NCBI RefSeq assembly: GCF_030013595.1
Contig: NZ_CP122768.1
Strand: one strand, 5' to 3'
DNA from: Escherichia coli
Lineage (GTDB): Bacteria; Pseudomonadota; Gammaproteobacteria; Enterobacterales; Enterobacteriaceae
DNA: 64,000 nucleotides
Within the stretch, counting starts at the first letter, position 1. The number at the start of each line of letters is the position of its first letter. This document shows, piece after piece, positions 31,550-42,675 of this stretch. The notes beneath the pieces are model-generated. The model made no database searches. It was not told where the DNA came from and worked only from the letters and a program-made list of their open reading frames with translations. The position numbers and the translations under genes are program-made.

Positions 31550-32338
31550 ATGCAAACGATTATCCGTGTCGAGAAGCTCGCCAAAACCTTCAATCAGCAT
31601 CAGGCGCTGCACGCGGTTGATCTGAACATTCATCACGGTGAAATGGTGGCTCTGCTTGGGCCGTCGGGTTCCGGCAAATCCACCCTTTTACGTCACTTAA
31701 GCGGTTTGATTACCGGCGATAAATCTGCCGGTAGCCATATCGAGCTGCTGGGTCGCACAGTCCAGCGCGAAGGCCGCCTGGCCCGCGATATCCGCAAAAG
31801 CCGCGCCAACACCGGCTACATCTTCCAACAATTCAACCTGGTGAATCGCCTGAGCGTACTGGAGAACGTGCTGATTGGCGCGCTCGGCAGCACGCCATTC
31901 TGGCGCACCTGTTTTAGCTACTTCACCCGCGAGCAGAAACAGCGCGCGTTACAGGCGCTGACCCGCGTTGGCATGGTGCACTTTGCCCATCAGCGCGTTT
32001 CCACCCTCTCCGGCGGACAGCAGCAGCGTGTGGCGATTGCCCGTGCGCTGATGCAGCAGGCGAAGGTGATTCTGGCCGATGAACCCATCGCCTCGCTGGA
32101 CCCGGAATCGGCGCGCATCGTGATGGACACCCTGCGCGACATTAACCAGAACGACGGCATTACCGTGGTCGTCACGCTGCATCAGGTGGATTACGCCCTG
32201 CGCTACTGCGAACGCATCGTCGCCCTGCGCCAGGGGCACGTCTTCTACGACGGCAGCAGCCAACAGTTTGATAACGAACGTTTTGACCATCTCTACCGCA
32301 GCATCAACCGCGTCGAAGAAAACGCGAAAGCTGCCTGA
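31550..32338 (+). CDS. phnC: Phosphonate ABC transporter, ATP-binding subunit
   Basis: ORF track 262 aa; Walker [13 protein letters not shown] signature LSGGQQQR; GGGAGG RBS. Confidence 0.93.
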   Translation: MQTIIRVEKLAKTFNQHQALHAVDLNIHHGEMVALLGPSGSGKSTLLRHLSGLITGDKSAGSHIELLGRTVQREGRLARDIRKSRANTGYIFQQFNLVNRLSVLENVLIGALGSTPFWRTCFSYFTREQKQRALQALTRVGMVHFAHQRVSTLSGGQQQRVAIARALMQQAKVILADEPIASLDPESARIVMDTLRDINQNDGITVVVTLHQVDYALRYCERIVALRQGHVFYDGSSQQFDNERFDHLYRSINRVEENAKAA

Positions 32339-32362
32339 CATCCCCATCATTGAGGAAAACGA

Positions 32363-33379
32363 ATGAACGCTAAGATAATTGCCTCGCTGGCCTTCACCAG
32401 CATGTTCAGCCTCAGCACCCTGTTAAGCCCGGCGCACGCCGAAGAGCAGGAAAAGGCGCTGAATTTCGGCATTATTTCAACGGAATCACAGCAAAACCTG
32501 AAACCGCAATGGACGCCGTTCTTACAGGATATGGAGAAGAAGCTGGGCGTGAAGGTCAACGCCTTCTTTGCCCCGGACTACGCGGGCATTATCCAGGGAA
32601 TGCGCTTCAACAAAGTGGATATCGCCTGGTACGGCAATCTGTCAGCGATGGAAGCGGTGGATCGCGCCAATGGCCAGGTCTTCGCCCAGACGGTCGCGGC
32701 GGATGGATCGCCGGGTTACTGGAGCGTGTTGATCGTCAACAAAGATAGTCCGATCAACAACCTGAACGATCTGCTGGCGAAGCGGAAAGATCTCACCTTC
32801 GGCAATGGCGATCCTAACTCTACCTCCGGCTTCCTCGTCCCTGGTTACTACGTCTTCGCCAAAAACAATATCTCCGCCAGCGACTTCAAGCGCACCGTCA
32901 ACGCCGGGCATGAAACCAACGCGCTGGCCGTCGCCAACAAGCAGGTGGATGTGGCGACCAACAACACCGAAAACCTCGACAAGCTGAAAACCTCCGCGCC
33001 AGAGAAGCTGAAAGAACTGAAGGTGATCTGGAAGTCGCCGCTGATCCCAGGCGATCCGATCGTCTGGCGCAAGAATCTTTCCGAAACCACCAAAGACAAG
33101 ATCTACGACTTCTTTATGAATTACGGCAAAACGCCGGAAGAGAAAGCGGTGCTGGAACGCCTAGGCTGGGCCCCGTTCCGCGCCTCCAGCGACCTGCAAC
33201 TGGTGCCGATTCGCCAGCTCGCACTGTTTAAAGAGATGCAGGGCGTGAAAAGCAATAAAGGGCTGAATGAGCAGGACAAGCTGGCAAAAACCACCGAGAT
33301 TCAGGCGCAGCTGGATGACCTGGACCGCCTGAACAACGCGTTAAGCGCGATGAGTTCGGTGAGTAAAGCGGTGCAGTAA
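32363..33379 (+). CDS. phnD: Phosphonate ABC transporter, periplasmic binding protein
   Basis: ORF track 338 aa with signal peptide (MNAKIIASLAFTSMFSLSTLLSPAHA). Confidence 0.93.
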   Translation: MNAKIIASLAFTSMFSLSTLLSPAHAEEQEKALNFGIISTESQQNLKPQWTPFLQDMEKKLGVKVNAFFAPDYAGIIQGMRFNKVDIAWYGNLSAMEAVDRANGQVFAQTVAADGSPGYWSVLIVNKDSPINNLNDLLAKRKDLTFGNGDPNSTSGFLVPGYYVFAKNNISASDFKRTVNAGHETNALAVANKQVDVATNNTENLDKLKTSAPEKLKELKVIWKSPLIPGDPIVWRKNLSETTKDKIYDFFMNYGKTPEEKAVLERLGWAPFRASSDLQLVPIRQLALFKEMQGVKSNKGLNEQDKLAKTTEIQAQLDDLDRLNNALSAMSSVSKAVQ

Positions 33380-33439
33380 TGTGCTCGATCGGTCCCCTCT
33401 CCCACAGGGAGAGGGAGAAAACATTAAACGGAGCAATAT

Positions 33440-34219
33440 ATGCAAACCATCACCATCGCCCCACCCAAGCGCAGCTGGTTCTCGCTTCTGAGCTGGGCCA
33501 TTGTTCTCGCCGTGCTGGTCGTCTCGTGGCAGGGCGCGGAAATGGCCCCGCTCACGCTGATTAAAGACGGCGGCAACATGGCAACCTTCGCCGCCGACTT
33601 CTTCCCGCCCGATTTCAGCCAGTGGCAGGATTACCTCACCGAAATGGCCGTCACGCTGCAAATCGCCGTCTGGGGCACCGCGCTGGCGGTGGTTCTCTCC
33701 ATCCCCTTCGGTCTGATGAGCGCCGAAAACCTAGTGCCGTGGTGGGTTTACCAGCCCGTACGCCGCCTGATGGACGCCTGCCGCGCCATTAACGAAATGG
33801 TCTTCGCCATGCTGTTCGTGGTCGCCGTCGGCCTTGGCCCGTTCGCTGGCGTGCTGGCGCTGTTTATCCACACCACCGGCGTGCTCTCCAAACTGCTTTC
33901 CGAAGCGGTAGAAGCAATTGAACCCGGCCCGGTGGAAGGTATTCGCGCCACCGGTGCCAACAAGCTCGAAGAGATCCTCTACGGCGTGCTGCCGCAGGTG
34001 ATGCCGCTGCTGATCTCCTACTCCCTCTATCGCTTCGAATCCAACGTCCGTTCGGCCACCGTTGTTGGCATGGTCGGCGCTGGCGGGATCGGCGTCACCC
34101 TGTGGGAAGCGATTCGCGGTTTCCAGTTCCAGCAAACCTGCGCCCTGATGGTGCTGATTATCGTCACGGTCAGCCTGCTGGATTTCCTCTCTCAACGGTT
34201 GCGTAAGCACTTTATCTGA
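33440..34219 (+). CDS. phnE: Phosphonate ABC transporter permease, apparently intact
   Basis: ORF track 259 aa uninterrupted; ABC permease EAA-like region; two tandem near-identical octamers gctggcgt/gctggcgc at 33845..33860 with the reading frame open. Confidence 0.9.
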   Translation: MQTITIAPPKRSWFSLLSWAIVLAVLVVSWQGAEMAPLTLIKDGGNMATFAADFFPPDFSQWQDYLTEMAVTLQIAVWGTALAVVLSIPFGLMSAENLVPWWVYQPVRRLMDACRAINEMVFAMLFVVAVGLGPFAGVLALFIHTTGVLSKLLSEAVEAIEPGPVEGIRATGANKLEEILYGVLPQVMPLLISYSLYRFESNVRSATVVGMVGAGGIGVTLWEAIRGFQFQQTCALMVLIIVTVSLLDFLSQRLRKHFI

Positions 34220-34239
34220 TAAGCGAGGCATTGATATCT

Positions 34240-34965
34240 ATGCACTTGTCTACACATCCGACCAGCTACCCAACACGCTATCAGGAGATAGCCGCAAAAC
34301 TTGAGCAGGAGCTTCGTCAACACTACCGCTGCGGCGACTATCTTCCCGCCGAGCAGCAACTGGCGGCGCGCTTTGAGGTGAACCGCCACACCCTGCGCCG
34401 CGCCATCGACCAACTGGTGGAAAAAGGCTGGGTACAGCGCCGTCAGGGCGTCGGCGTGCTGGTGCTGATGCGCCCGTTCGATTACCCGCTCAACGCCCAG
34501 GCGCGTTTTAGCCAGAACCTGCTGGATCAGGGCAGCCATCCCACCAGCGAAAAACTGCTGTCTGTGCTGCGCCCGGCCTCCGGTCACGTCGCTGACGCGC
34601 TGGGGATAACCGAGGGCGAGAACGTTATCCACCTGCGCACCCTGCGCCGGGTCAACGGCGTCGCGCTCTGTTTAATCGACCACTACTTTGCGGACCTCAC
34701 CCTCTGGCCGACGCTGCAACGCTTCGACAGCGGCTCGCTGCACGATTTTCTGCGCGAGCAAACGGGGATTGCGCTGCGCCGCAGCCAGACGCGGATCAGC
34801 GCCCGCCGCGCCCAGGCCAAAGAGTGCCAGCATCTTGAAATCCCGAATATGTCGCCGCTGCTGTGCGTGCGCACCCTTAACCACCGTGACGGTGAAAGCA
34901 GCCCGGCGGAGTACTCCGTCAGCCTGACGCGCGCCGACATGATTGAATTCACTATGGAGCACTGA
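34240..34965 (+). CDS. phnF: GntR-family repressor of the phn operon
   Basis: ORF track 34231..34965 begins at TTG; the ATG at 34240 (MHLSTHPTSYPTRYQ) gives 241 aa; N-terminal winged HTH, C-terminal UTRA-like domain. Confidence 0.9.
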   Translation: MHLSTHPTSYPTRYQEIAAKLEQELRQHYRCGDYLPAEQQLAARFEVNRHTLRRAIDQLVEKGWVQRRQGVGVLVLMRPFDYPLNAQARFSQNLLDQGSHPTSEKLLSVLRPASGHVADALGITEGENVIHLRTLRRVNGVALCLIDHYFADLTLWPTLQRFDSGSLHDFLREQTGIALRRSQTRISARRAQAKECQHLEIPNMSPLLCVRTLNHRDGESSPAEYSVSLTRADMIEFTMEH

Positions 34966-35418
34966 ATGCACGCAGATACCGCGACCCGCCAGCACTGGAT
35001 GTCCATACTGGCACACAGCCAACCGGCTGAACTGGCAGCCCGCCTGAAGGCGCTGAACATCACCGCCGACTATGAGGTGATCCGCGCCGCTGAAACCGGC
35101 CTGGTGCAGATTCAGGCGCGGATGGGTGGCACCGGCGAACGCTTTTTTGCTGGCGACGCCACGCTCACCCGCGCCGCCGTACGCCTGACTGACGGCACGC
35201 TCGGCTACAGCTGGGTGCTGGGGCGCGACAAACAGCACGCCGAACGCTGCGCGCTGATCGACGCGCTGATGCAGCAAACCCGCCATTTTCAAAACTTATC
35301 AGAAACTCTTATTGCCCCGCTGAACGCTGACCGTATGGCACGCATTGCCGCACGCCAGGCCGAAGTAAACGCCAGCCGGGTCGACTTCTTTACGATGGTT
35401 CGCGGAGATAACGCATGA
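34966..35418 (+). CDS. phnG: C-P lyase core complex subunit PhnG
   Basis: ORF track 150 aa; TGAATG coupling with phnF. Confidence 0.92.
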   Translation: MHADTATRQHWMSILAHSQPAELAARLKALNITADYEVIRAAETGLVQIQARMGGTGERFFAGDATLTRAAVRLTDGTLGYSWVLGRDKQHAERCALIDALMQQTRHFQNLSETLIAPLNADRMARIAARQAEVNASRVDFFTMVRGDNA

Positions 35419-35999
35419 CCCTGGAAACCGCTTTTATGCTTCCCGTGCAGGATGCCCAGCACAGTTTTCGTCGCCTGTTAAAGGCCATGAGCGAGCCGGG
35501 CGTGATTGTCGCCCTGCATCAGCTCAAGCGCGGCTGGCAGCCGCTGAATATCGCCACCACCAGCGTGCTGCTGACGCTGGCCGATAACGACACGCCGGTG
35601 TGGCTTTCTGCGCCATTAAGTAACGATATCGTCAGCCAGAGCCTGCGTTTTCATACCAACGCGCCGCTGGTCAATCAGCCGGAACAGGCGACCTTCGCGG
35701 TAACGGATGAGGCGATTTCCAGCGAACAGCTCAACGCTCTTTCCAGCGGCACCGCTGTTGCGCCGGAAGCGGGCGCGACGCTGATTTTACAGGTCGTCAG
35801 CCTGAGCGGCGGGCGCATGCTGCGCCTTACTGGCGCGGGTATTGCCGAAGAACGAATGATCGCTCCGCAGCTGCCGGAGTGCATTCTGCACGAACTCACC
35901 GAGCGCCCGCACCCGTTCCCGCTCGGCATCGACCTGATCCTGACCTGCGGCGAGCGCCTGCTGGCTATCCCGCGAACCACTCATGTGGAGGTGTGCTGA
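35415..35999 (+). CDS. phnH: C-P lyase core complex subunit PhnH
   Basis: ORF track 194 aa; ATGA overlap with phnG. Confidence 0.92.
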   Translation: MTLETAFMLPVQDAQHSFRRLLKAMSEPGVIVALHQLKRGWQPLNIATTSVLLTLADNDTPVWLSAPLSNDIVSQSLRFHTNAPLVNQPEQATFAVTDEAISSEQLNALSSGTAVAPEAGATLILQVVSLSGGRMLRLTGAGIAEERMIAPQLPECILHELTERPHPFPLGIDLILTCGERLLAIPRTTHVEVC

Positions 36000-37063
36000 T
36001 GTACGTTGCCGTGAAAGGGGGCGAGAAGGCGATCGACGCCGCCCACGCCCTGCAAGAGAGCCAACGCCGGGGCGATACCGATTTGCCCGAACTGAGCGTC
36101 GCCCAGATTGAACAACAGCTTAACCTCGCGGTAGATCGCGTGATGACTGAAGGCGGCATTGCCGACCGCGAACTGGCGGCGCTGGCGCTGAAACAGGCCA
36201 GCGGCGATAACGTCGAAGCAATTTTCCTGCTGCGCGCCTACCGTACCACGCTGGCTAAGCTTGCGGTAAGCGAGCCGCTCGACACCACGGAGATGCGTCT
36301 CGAACGGCGTATTTCAGCGGTTTATAAAGATATTCCCGGCGGCCAGCTGCTTGGCCCAACCTACGACTACACCCATCGCCTGCTCGATTTCACCCTGCTG
36401 GCAAACGGCGAAGCGCCGACGCTGACCACCGCCGACAGCGCACAACAGCCGTCGCCGCACGTTTTCAGCCTGCTGGCGCGTCAGGGGCTGGCGAAGTTTG
36501 AGGAGGATAGCGGCGCACAGCCGGATGACATCACCCGCACGCCGCCGGTTTACCCCTGCTCACGCTCCTCCCGCCTGCAACAATTAATGCGCGGGGACGA
36601 AGGCTATTTGCTGGCGCTGGCCTACTCCACCCAGCGTGGTTACGGACGCAATCACCCGTTCGCGGGCGAGATCCGCAGCGGATATATCGACGTGTCGATT
36701 GTGCCGGAAGAGCTGGGATTTGCGGTGAACGTCGGCGAACTGCTGATGACCGAATGTGAAATGGTCAACGGTTTTATCGACCCGCCGGATGAGCCGCCGC
36801 ACTTCACGCGCGGCTACGGGCTGGTGTTCGGCATGAGCGAGCGCAAAGCGATGGCGATGGCGCTGGTTGACCGTGCGTTGCAGGCTCCGGAGTACGGCGA
36901 GCACGCGACAGGCCCGGCGCAGGATGAAGAGTTCGTGCTGGCGCATGCCGACAACGTCGAAGCCGCAGGCTTTGTCTCGCACCTTAAACTCCCGCACTAC
37001 GTCGATTTCCAGGCCGAACTGGAGCTACTCAAACGTCTGCAACAGGAGCTGAACCATGGCTAA
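35999..37063 (+). CDS. phnI: C-P lyase subunit PhnI (ribosyl-triphosphate phosphonate-forming nucleosidase)
   Basis: ORF track 35879..37063 extends upstream out of context; the ATG at 35999 ([19 protein letters not shown]) overlaps the phnH stop (TGATG) and gives 354 aa. Confidence 0.9.
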   Translation: MYVAVKGGEKAIDAAHALQESQRRGDTDLPELSVAQIEQQLNLAVDRVMTEGGIADRELAALALKQASGDNVEAIFLLRAYRTTLAKLAVSEPLDTTEMRLERRISAVYKDIPGGQLLGPTYDYTHRLLDFTLLANGEAPTLTTADSAQQPSPHVFSLLARQGLAKFEEDSGAQPDDITRTPPVYPCSRSSRLQQLMRGDEGYLLALAYSTQRGYGRNHPFAGEIRSGYIDVSIVPEELGFAVNVGELLMTECEMVNGFIDPPDEPPHFTRGYGLVFGMSERKAMAMALVDRALQAPEYGEHATGPAQDEEFVLAHADNVEAAGFVSHLKLPHYVDFQAELELLKRLQQELNHG

Positions 37064-37901
37064 TCTGAGCGGCTACAACTTTGCCTACCTCGACGAGCAG
37101 ACCAAACGCATGATCCGCCGCGCCATCTTAAAAGCGGTGGCGATCCCCGGTTATCAGGTGCCGTTTGGCGGGCGCGAGATGCCGATGCCGTACGGCTGGG
37201 GAACTGGTGGTATCCAGCTTACCGCCAGCGTGATTGGCGAAAGCGACGTGTTGAAGGTGATTGACCAGGGTGCGGATGACACCACCAACGCCGTGTCGAT
37301 TCGCAACTTCTTTAAGCGCGTGACCGGGGTAAACACCACTGAACGTACGGACGATGCGACGCTTATCCAGACGCGTCACCGCATCCCCGAAACGCCGCTG
37401 ACCGAAGATCAGATCATTATCTTCCAGGTGCCAATCCCGGAACCGCTGCGCTTTATCGAGCCACGCGAAACGGAGACCCGCACTATGCACGCGCTGGAGG
37501 AGTACGGCGTGATGCAGGTGAAACTGTATGAAGATATCGCCCGCTTCGGTCATATCGCCACCACCTATGCTTATCCGGTGAAGGTGAACGGGCGCTACGT
37601 GATGGACCCGTCGCCGATCCCGAAATTCGATAACCCGAAAATGGACATGATGCCCGCCCTGCAGCTGTTCGGCGCAGGGCGCGAGAAGCGCATCTATGCG
37701 GTGCCGCCGTTTACCCGCGTGGAAAGCCTCGATTTCGACGATCACCCGTTCACCGTTCAGCAGTGGAATGAGCCATGCGCCATCTGCGGATCGACCCACA
37801 GCTATCTTGATGAAGTGGTGCTGGATGACGCCGGAAACCGCATGTTTGTCTGCTCCGATACCGATTATTGCCGCCAACAGAGCGAGGCGAAAAGCCAATG
37901 A
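37056..37901 (+). CDS. phnJ: C-P lyase catalytic subunit PhnJ (Fe-S / radical SAM-dependent)
   Basis: ORF track 281 aa; C-terminal Cys cluster CAICGSTHSYLDE...CSDTDYC. Confidence 0.93.
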   Translation: MANLSGYNFAYLDEQTKRMIRRAILKAVAIPGYQVPFGGREMPMPYGWGTGGIQLTASVIGESDVLKVIDQGADDTTNAVSIRNFFKRVTGVNTTERTDDATLIQTRHRIPETPLTEDQIIIFQVPIPEPLRFIEPRETETRTMHALEEYGVMQVKLYEDIARFGHIATTYAYPVKVNGRYVMDPSPIPKFDNPKMDMMPALQLFGAGREKRIYAVPPFTRVESLDFDDHPFTVQQWNEPCAICGSTHSYLDEVVLDDAGNRMFVCSDTDYCRQQSEAKSQ

Positions 37902-38656
37902 ATCAACCGTTACTTTCGGTCAACAACCTGACCCACCTTTACGCGCCGGGCAAAGGCTTTAGCGATGTCTCTTTTGATTTATGGCCGGGGGAAGTGCTAG
38001 GCATCGTCGGGGAATCCGGCTCCGGGAAGACCACGCTGCTGAAATCAATCTCCGCGCGCCTGACGCCGCAGCAGGGGGAAATTCACTATGAAAACCGTTC
38101 CCTCTATGGCATGAGCGAGGCCGACCGCCGTCGCCTGCTGCGCACCGAATGGGGCGTGGTGCATCAGCATCCGCTCGACGGCCTGCGCCGCCAGGTGTCG
38201 GCAGGCGGCAATATCGGCGAGCGGCTGATGGCGACCGGGGCGCGTCATTACGGCGACATCCGCGCCACCGCGCAGAAGTGGCTGGAAGAGGTGGAGATTC
38301 CCGCCAACCGGATCGACGACCTGCCGACCACCTTTTCCGGCGGCATGCAGCAACGTTTGCAGATTGCCCGCAACCTGGTGACGCATCCGAAGCTGGTGTT
38401 TATGGACGAGCCAACCGGCGGGCTGGATGTATCGGTACAGGCGCGCCTGCTCGATCTGCTGCGCGGTCTGGTGGTGGAGCTGAATCTGGCGGTGGTGATT
38501 GTCACCCACGATCTGGGCGTCGCCCGCCTGCTGGCGGACCGTTTGCTGGTGATGAAACAGGGGCAAGTGGTGGAGAGTGGGTTAACCGACCGCGTGCTCG
38601 ACGACCCTCACCATCCATATACCCAGCTGCTGGTGTCATCGGTTTTGCAGAATTGA
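37898..38656 (+). CDS. phnK: C-P lyase-associated ABC-type ATPase PhnK
   Basis: ORF track 37868..38656; the ATG at 37898 ([11 protein letters not shown]) gives 252 aa; Walker [10 protein letters not shown]. Confidence 0.92.
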   Translation: MNQPLLSVNNLTHLYAPGKGFSDVSFDLWPGEVLGIVGESGSGKTTLLKSISARLTPQQGEIHYENRSLYGMSEADRRRLLRTEWGVVHQHPLDGLRRQVSAGGNIGERLMATGARHYGDIRATAQKWLEEVEIPANRIDDLPTTFSGGMQQRLQIARNLVTHPKLVFMDEPTGGLDVSVQARLLDLLRGLVVELNLAVVIVTHDLGVARLLADRLLVMKQGQVVESGLTDRVLDDPHHPYTQLLVSSVLQN

Positions 38657-38662
38657 GCCAGT

Positions 38663-38745
38663 GCCGGATACGGCGTAAACGCCTTATCCGGCCGACAAAT
38701 GCGCTCCCCGTAGGTCGGATAAGACGCGTCAGCGTCGCATCCGAC
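38663..38745. repeat. REP elements (two units) inside the phn operon between phnK and phnL
   Basis: gccggatacggcgtaaacgccttatccggcc and taggtcggataagacgcgtcagcgtcgcatccgac read directly. Confidence 0.7.
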
Positions 38746-38766
38746 ACCCGAACCACGAGGCGAAAA

Positions 38767-39447
38767 ATGATTAACGTACAAAACGTCAGTAAAACCTTCA
38801 TCCTGCACCAGCAAAACGGCGTGCGCCTGCACGTCTTACAACGTGCCTCGCTCACCGTCAACGCAGGCGAATGCGTGGTGCTCCACGGCCACTCCGGCAG
38901 CGGCAAATCAACTCTGCTGCGCTCGCTGTACGCCAACTATCTGCCCGATGAAGGGCAAATCCAGATCAAACATGGTGACGAGTGGGTAGACCTGGTCACT
39001 GCACCAGCGCGCAAAGTGGTGGAGATCCGCAAAACCACCATCGGCTGGGTGAGCCAGTTTCTGCGCGTCATCCCGCGTATTTCGGCACTGGAAGTGGTGA
39101 TGCAGCCTCTGCTCGATACCGGCGTACCGCGTGAAGCCTGCGCCGCTAAAGCCGCCCGATTACTGACGCGCCTGAACGTGCCTGAACGCCTGTGGCACCT
39201 GGCACCATCGACCTTCTCCGGTGGCGAACAGCAGCGTGTCAACATCGCCCGTGGCTTTATCGTCGACTACCCCATTCTGCTGCTCGACGAACCTACCGCC
39301 TCGCTGGACGCTAAAAACAGCGCCGCCGTAGTGGAACTGATCCGCGAAGCCAAAGCCCGCGGCGCGGCCATCGTCGGTATCTTCCATGACGAAACCGTGC
39401 GCGAGCAAGTCGCCGACCGCCTGCACCCAATGGGAGTCTCTTCATGA
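38767..39447 (+). CDS. phnL: C-P lyase-associated ABC-type ATPase PhnL
   Basis: The same frame is open from 38149 (ORF track), but the ATG at 38767 ([11 protein letters not shown]) follows the REP-containing intergenic region and gives 226 aa with Walker [10 protein letters not shown]. Confidence 0.9.
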   Translation: MINVQNVSKTFILHQQNGVRLHVLQRASLTVNAGECVVLHGHSGSGKSTLLRSLYANYLPDEGQIQIKHGDEWVDLVTAPARKVVEIRKTTIGWVSQFLRVIPRISALEVVMQPLLDTGVPREACAAKAARLLTRLNVPERLWHLAPSTFSGGEQQRVNIARGFIVDYPILLLDEPTASLDAKNSAAVVELIREAKARGAAIVGIFHDETVREQVADRLHPMGVSS

Positions 39448-40580
39448 TTATCAATAACGTCAAACTGGTGCTGGAAAACGAGGTGGTACACGGTTCTCTG
39501 GAGATGCAGGACGGCGAAATCCGCGCCTTTGCCGAAAGCCAGAGTCACCTGTCAGAAGCAATGGACGGCGAAGGCGGCTGGCTGCTACCGGGGCTGATTG
39601 AGCTGCATACCGATAATCTGGATAAATTCTTCACCCCGCGTCCAAAAGTGGACTGGCCCGCCCACTCGGCAATGAGTAGCCACGACGCGCTGATGGTGGC
39701 GAGCGGCATCACCACCGTGCTGGACGCGGTGGCGATTGGCGACGTGCGCGACGGCGGCGATCGGCTGGAGAATCTGGAGAAGATGATCAACGCCATCGAA
39801 GAGACGCAGAAACGCGGCGTCAACCGCGCCGAGCACCGTCTGCATCTGCGCTGCGAACTGCCGCATCACACCACGCTGCCGCTGTTTGAAAAACTGGTGC
39901 AGCGCGAACCGGTGACGCTGGTGTCGCTGATGGATCACTCGCCGGGCCAGCGCCAGTTCGCCAATCGCGAGAAGTATCGCGAATATTATCAGGGCAAATA
40001 CTCGCTCACCGATGTGCAGATGCAGCAGTACGAAGAGGAACAGCTGGCGCTTGCCGCACGCTGGTCACAGCCTAATCGCGAAACTATCGCCGCAATGTGC
40101 CGCGCGCGACACATTGCGCTCGCCAGCCACGATGACGCCACGCACGCGCACGTTGCCGAATCTCACCAGCTTGGCAGCGTGATCGCCGAATTTCCCACCA
40201 CGTTCGAAGCGGCAGAAGCCTCGCGCAAGCATGGCATGAACGTGCTGATGGGCGCGCCGAATATCGTGCGCGGCGGTTCGCACTCCGGCAACGTGGCGGC
40301 CAGTGAACTGGCGCAGCTTGGCCTGCTGGATATCCTCTCTTCCGACTACTACCCCGCCAGCCTGCTCGATGCGGCATTTCGCGTCGCCGATGACGAGAGC
40401 AACCGCTTTACGCTGCCGCAGGCGGTGAAGCTGGTGACTAAAAATCCGGCGCAGGCGCTTAATCTTCAGGATCGCGGAGTGATTGGCGAGGGCAAACGCG
40501 CCGACCTGGTGCTGGCGCATCGCAAGGGCAACCACATTCATATCGACCACGTCTGGCGTCAGGGTAAAAGGGTGTTCTGA
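39444..40580 (+). CDS. phnM: PhnM, amidohydrolase-family ribosyl-triphosphate phosphonate diphosphohydrolase
   Basis: ORF track 378 aa; ATGA overlap with phnL. Confidence 0.92.
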   Translation: MIINNVKLVLENEVVHGSLEMQDGEIRAFAESQSHLSEAMDGEGGWLLPGLIELHTDNLDKFFTPRPKVDWPAHSAMSSHDALMVASGITTVLDAVAIGDVRDGGDRLENLEKMINAIEETQKRGVNRAEHRLHLRCELPHHTTLPLFEKLVQREPVTLVSLMDHSPGQRQFANREKYREYYQGKYSLTDVQMQQYEEEQLALAARWSQPNRETIAAMCRARHIALASHDDATHAHVAESHQLGSVIAEFPTTFEAAEASRKHGMNVLMGAPNIVRGGSHSGNVAASELAQLGLLDILSSDYYPASLLDAAFRVADDESNRFTLPQAVKLVTKNPAQALNLQDRGVIGEGKRADLVLAHRKGNHIHIDHVWRQGKRVF

Positions 40581-41137
40581 TGACGGGAAAACTGATTTGG
40601 TTAATGGGTCCGTCCGGCTCCGGGAAAGACAGCCTGCTGGCGGAACTCCGCCAGCGGGAACAAACCCAGCTACTGGTAGCGCATCGCTACATCACGCGTG
40701 ATGCCAGCGCCGGAAGTGAAAATCATATCGCCTTAAGCGAGCGGGAGTTTTTTACCCGCGCGGGGCAAAATCTGTTGGCCTTGAGCTGGCATGCTAATGG
40801 TTTGTATTACGGTGTCGGCATTGAGATCGACCTCTGGCTGCACGCCGGATTCGACGTCGTGGTTAACGGCTCACGCGCCCACCTGCCGCAGGCGCGGGCG
40901 CGCTATCAATCGGCGCTGCTGCCCATTTGCTTACAGGTTTCGCCGGAGATCCTGCGCCAGCGCCTGGAAAACCGTGGCCGTGAAAACGCCAGTGAAATTA
41001 ACGCCCGGCTGGCGCGCGCCGCCCGCTATACTCCTCAGGATTGCCATACGCTCAATAATGACGGCAGCCTGCGCCAGTCGGTCGACACGCTGCTGACGCT
41101 GATTCATCAGAAGGAGAAACACCATGCCTGCTTGTGA
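40580..41137 (+). CDS. phnN: Ribose 1,5-bisphosphate phosphokinase PhnN
   Basis: ORF track 185 aa; P-loop GPSGSGKDS; 1-nt overlap with phnM stop. Confidence 0.92.
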
Positions 41138-41558
41138 GCTTCGCCCGGCCACGCAGTACGATACCGACGCAGTTTACGCGCTGATTTGTGAGCTAAAACA
41201 GGCGGAGTTTGACCACCATGCGTTTCGCGTGGGGTTTAACGCCAATCTGCGCGATCCGAACATGCGCTACCATCTGGCGCTGCTGGATGGCGAAGTTGTC
41301 GGCATGATCGGCCTGCATTTGCAGTTTCATCTGCATCATGTCAACTGGATCGGCGAAATTCAGGAACTGGTGGTGATGCCGCAGGCGCGCGGTCTGAACG
41401 TCGGCAGCAAATTACTGGCATGGGCAGAAGAAGAAGCCCGCCAGGCCGGGGCCGAAATGACCGAGCTTTCCACCAACGTGAAGCGCCACGACGCGCACCG
41501 TTTTTACCTGCGTGAAGGCTACGAGCAGAGCCACTTCCGCTTCACCAAGGCGCTGTAA
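41124..41558 (+). CDS. phnO: Aminoalkylphosphonate N-acetyltransferase PhnO (GNAT)
   Basis: ORF track 144 aa; overlaps the phnN 3' end. Confidence 0.92.
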
Positions 41559-41559
41559 C

Positions 41560-42318
41560 ATGAGCCTGACCCTCACACTTACTGGCACTGGCGGCGCACA
41601 GGGCGTTCCCGCATGGGGCTGTGAGTGCGTGGCCTGCGTCAGAGCGCGGCGCTCACCGCAGTATCGCCGCCAGCCATGCAGCGGCGTCGTGAAGTTTAAC
41701 GACGCGATCACCCTGATCGACGCCGGGCTGCACGATCTCGCCGATCGCTGGTCGCCCGGATCGTTCCAGCAGTTTTTGCTGACGCACTACCATATGGATC
41801 ACGTGCAGGGGCTGTTTCCGCTGCGCTGGGGCGTGGGCGATTCGATCCCGATCTACGGCCCGCCGGATGAACAGGGCTGCGACGATCTGTTTAAACATCC
41901 GGGCCAGCTTGATTTCAGCCACACGATGGAACCGTTTGTGGTGTTTGATTTACAGGGGTTACAGGTCACGCCCCTGCCGCTCAACCACTCAAAACTGACC
42001 TTCGGTTATCTGCTGGAAACGGCACATAGCCGGGTGGCGTGGCTGTCTGACACCGCAGGCCTACCGGAAAAAACGCTGAAATTTTTACGCAATAATCAAC
42101 CGCAGGTGATGGTGATTGATTGCAGCCACCCACCGCGCGAGGATGCACCGCGTAATCACTGTGATTTAAATACCGTGCTTGCGCTGAATGAAGTTATCCG
42201 CTCGCCGCGCGTGGTTCTGACCCATATCAGCCATCAGTTTGATGCGTGGCTGATGGAGAACTTACTGCCGTCAGGGTTTGAGGCGGGGTTTGATGGGATG
42301 GAGATTGGGGTGGCGTGA
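41560..42318 (+). CDS. phnP: PhnP, metallo-beta-lactamase-fold cyclic phosphodiesterase
   Basis: ORF track 41512..42318; the ATG at 41560 ([20 protein letters not shown]) gives 252 aa; HxHxDH motif (THYHMDH). Confidence 0.92.
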   Translation: MSLTLTLTGTGGAQGVPAWGCECVACVRARRSPQYRRQPCSGVVKFNDAITLIDAGLHDLADRWSPGSFQQFLLTHYHMDHVQGLFPLRWGVGDSIPIYGPPDEQGCDDLFKHPGQLDFSHTMEPFVVFDLQGLQVTPLPLNHSKLTFGYLLETAHSRVAWLSDTAGLPEKTLKFLRNNQPQVMVIDCSHPPREDAPRNHCDLNTVLALNEVIRSPRVVLTHISHQFDAWLMENLLPSGFEAGFDGMEIGVA

Positions 42319-42345
42319 GGGAAAATACCCGCGCCGGCCCCTATA

Positions 42346-42675
42346 TCAACGCCCATACTCATCTTCCATTCTCCGCTCTTCATCCTCCAGTTGCCGACGC
42401 TCCTGATCAAGCTGGCGCTGGCGATCGTCCAGCTGCCTGCGGCGATCTTCAAACTGACGGCGGCGGTCGTCATATTGTCTGCGCCGATCGTCGCTCACTT
42501 CACGCTGCCAGCCGTCGTCGTGCGAATCTTCATAGTCTCGCCCACGGTCAGGGTTATAAGCATCGTTAATCGCCTGCTGAATATTGCCAATGGTGTCGTC
42601 GATAATATCGGCCTGGGCCGGAACGGTAGACAGCGTGAGCAGGGTGAATAAAAGAAATAGCGGAAAGCGTTTCAT
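42346..42675 (-). CDS. yjdP: Small secreted protein with tandem charged DDRRRQ-type repeats
   Basis: ORF track 109 aa, ATG start; signal peptide MKRFPLFLLFTLLTLSTVPAQA, then about six 8-residue acidic/basic repeats (DDRRRQYD, DRRRQFED, ...). Confidence 0.85.
   Translation of the reverse strand: MKRFPLFLLFTLLTLSTVPAQADIIDDTIGNIQQAINDAYNPDRGRDYEDSHDDGWQREVSDDRRRQYDDRRRQFEDRRRQLDDRQRQLDQERRQLEDEERRMEDEYGR

Noticed and set aside
34672-35292. 206- and 126-codon ORFs antisense to phnF/phnG
   Set aside because: Embedded opposite tightly packed, translationally coupled operon genes.
38149-38766. Long upstream extension of the phnL frame (ORF track 38149..39447, 432 aa)
   Set aside because: The extension runs through the phnK coding region in another frame and across the REP-containing intergenic spacer; the ATG at 38767 gives a normal ABC ATPase N-terminus.
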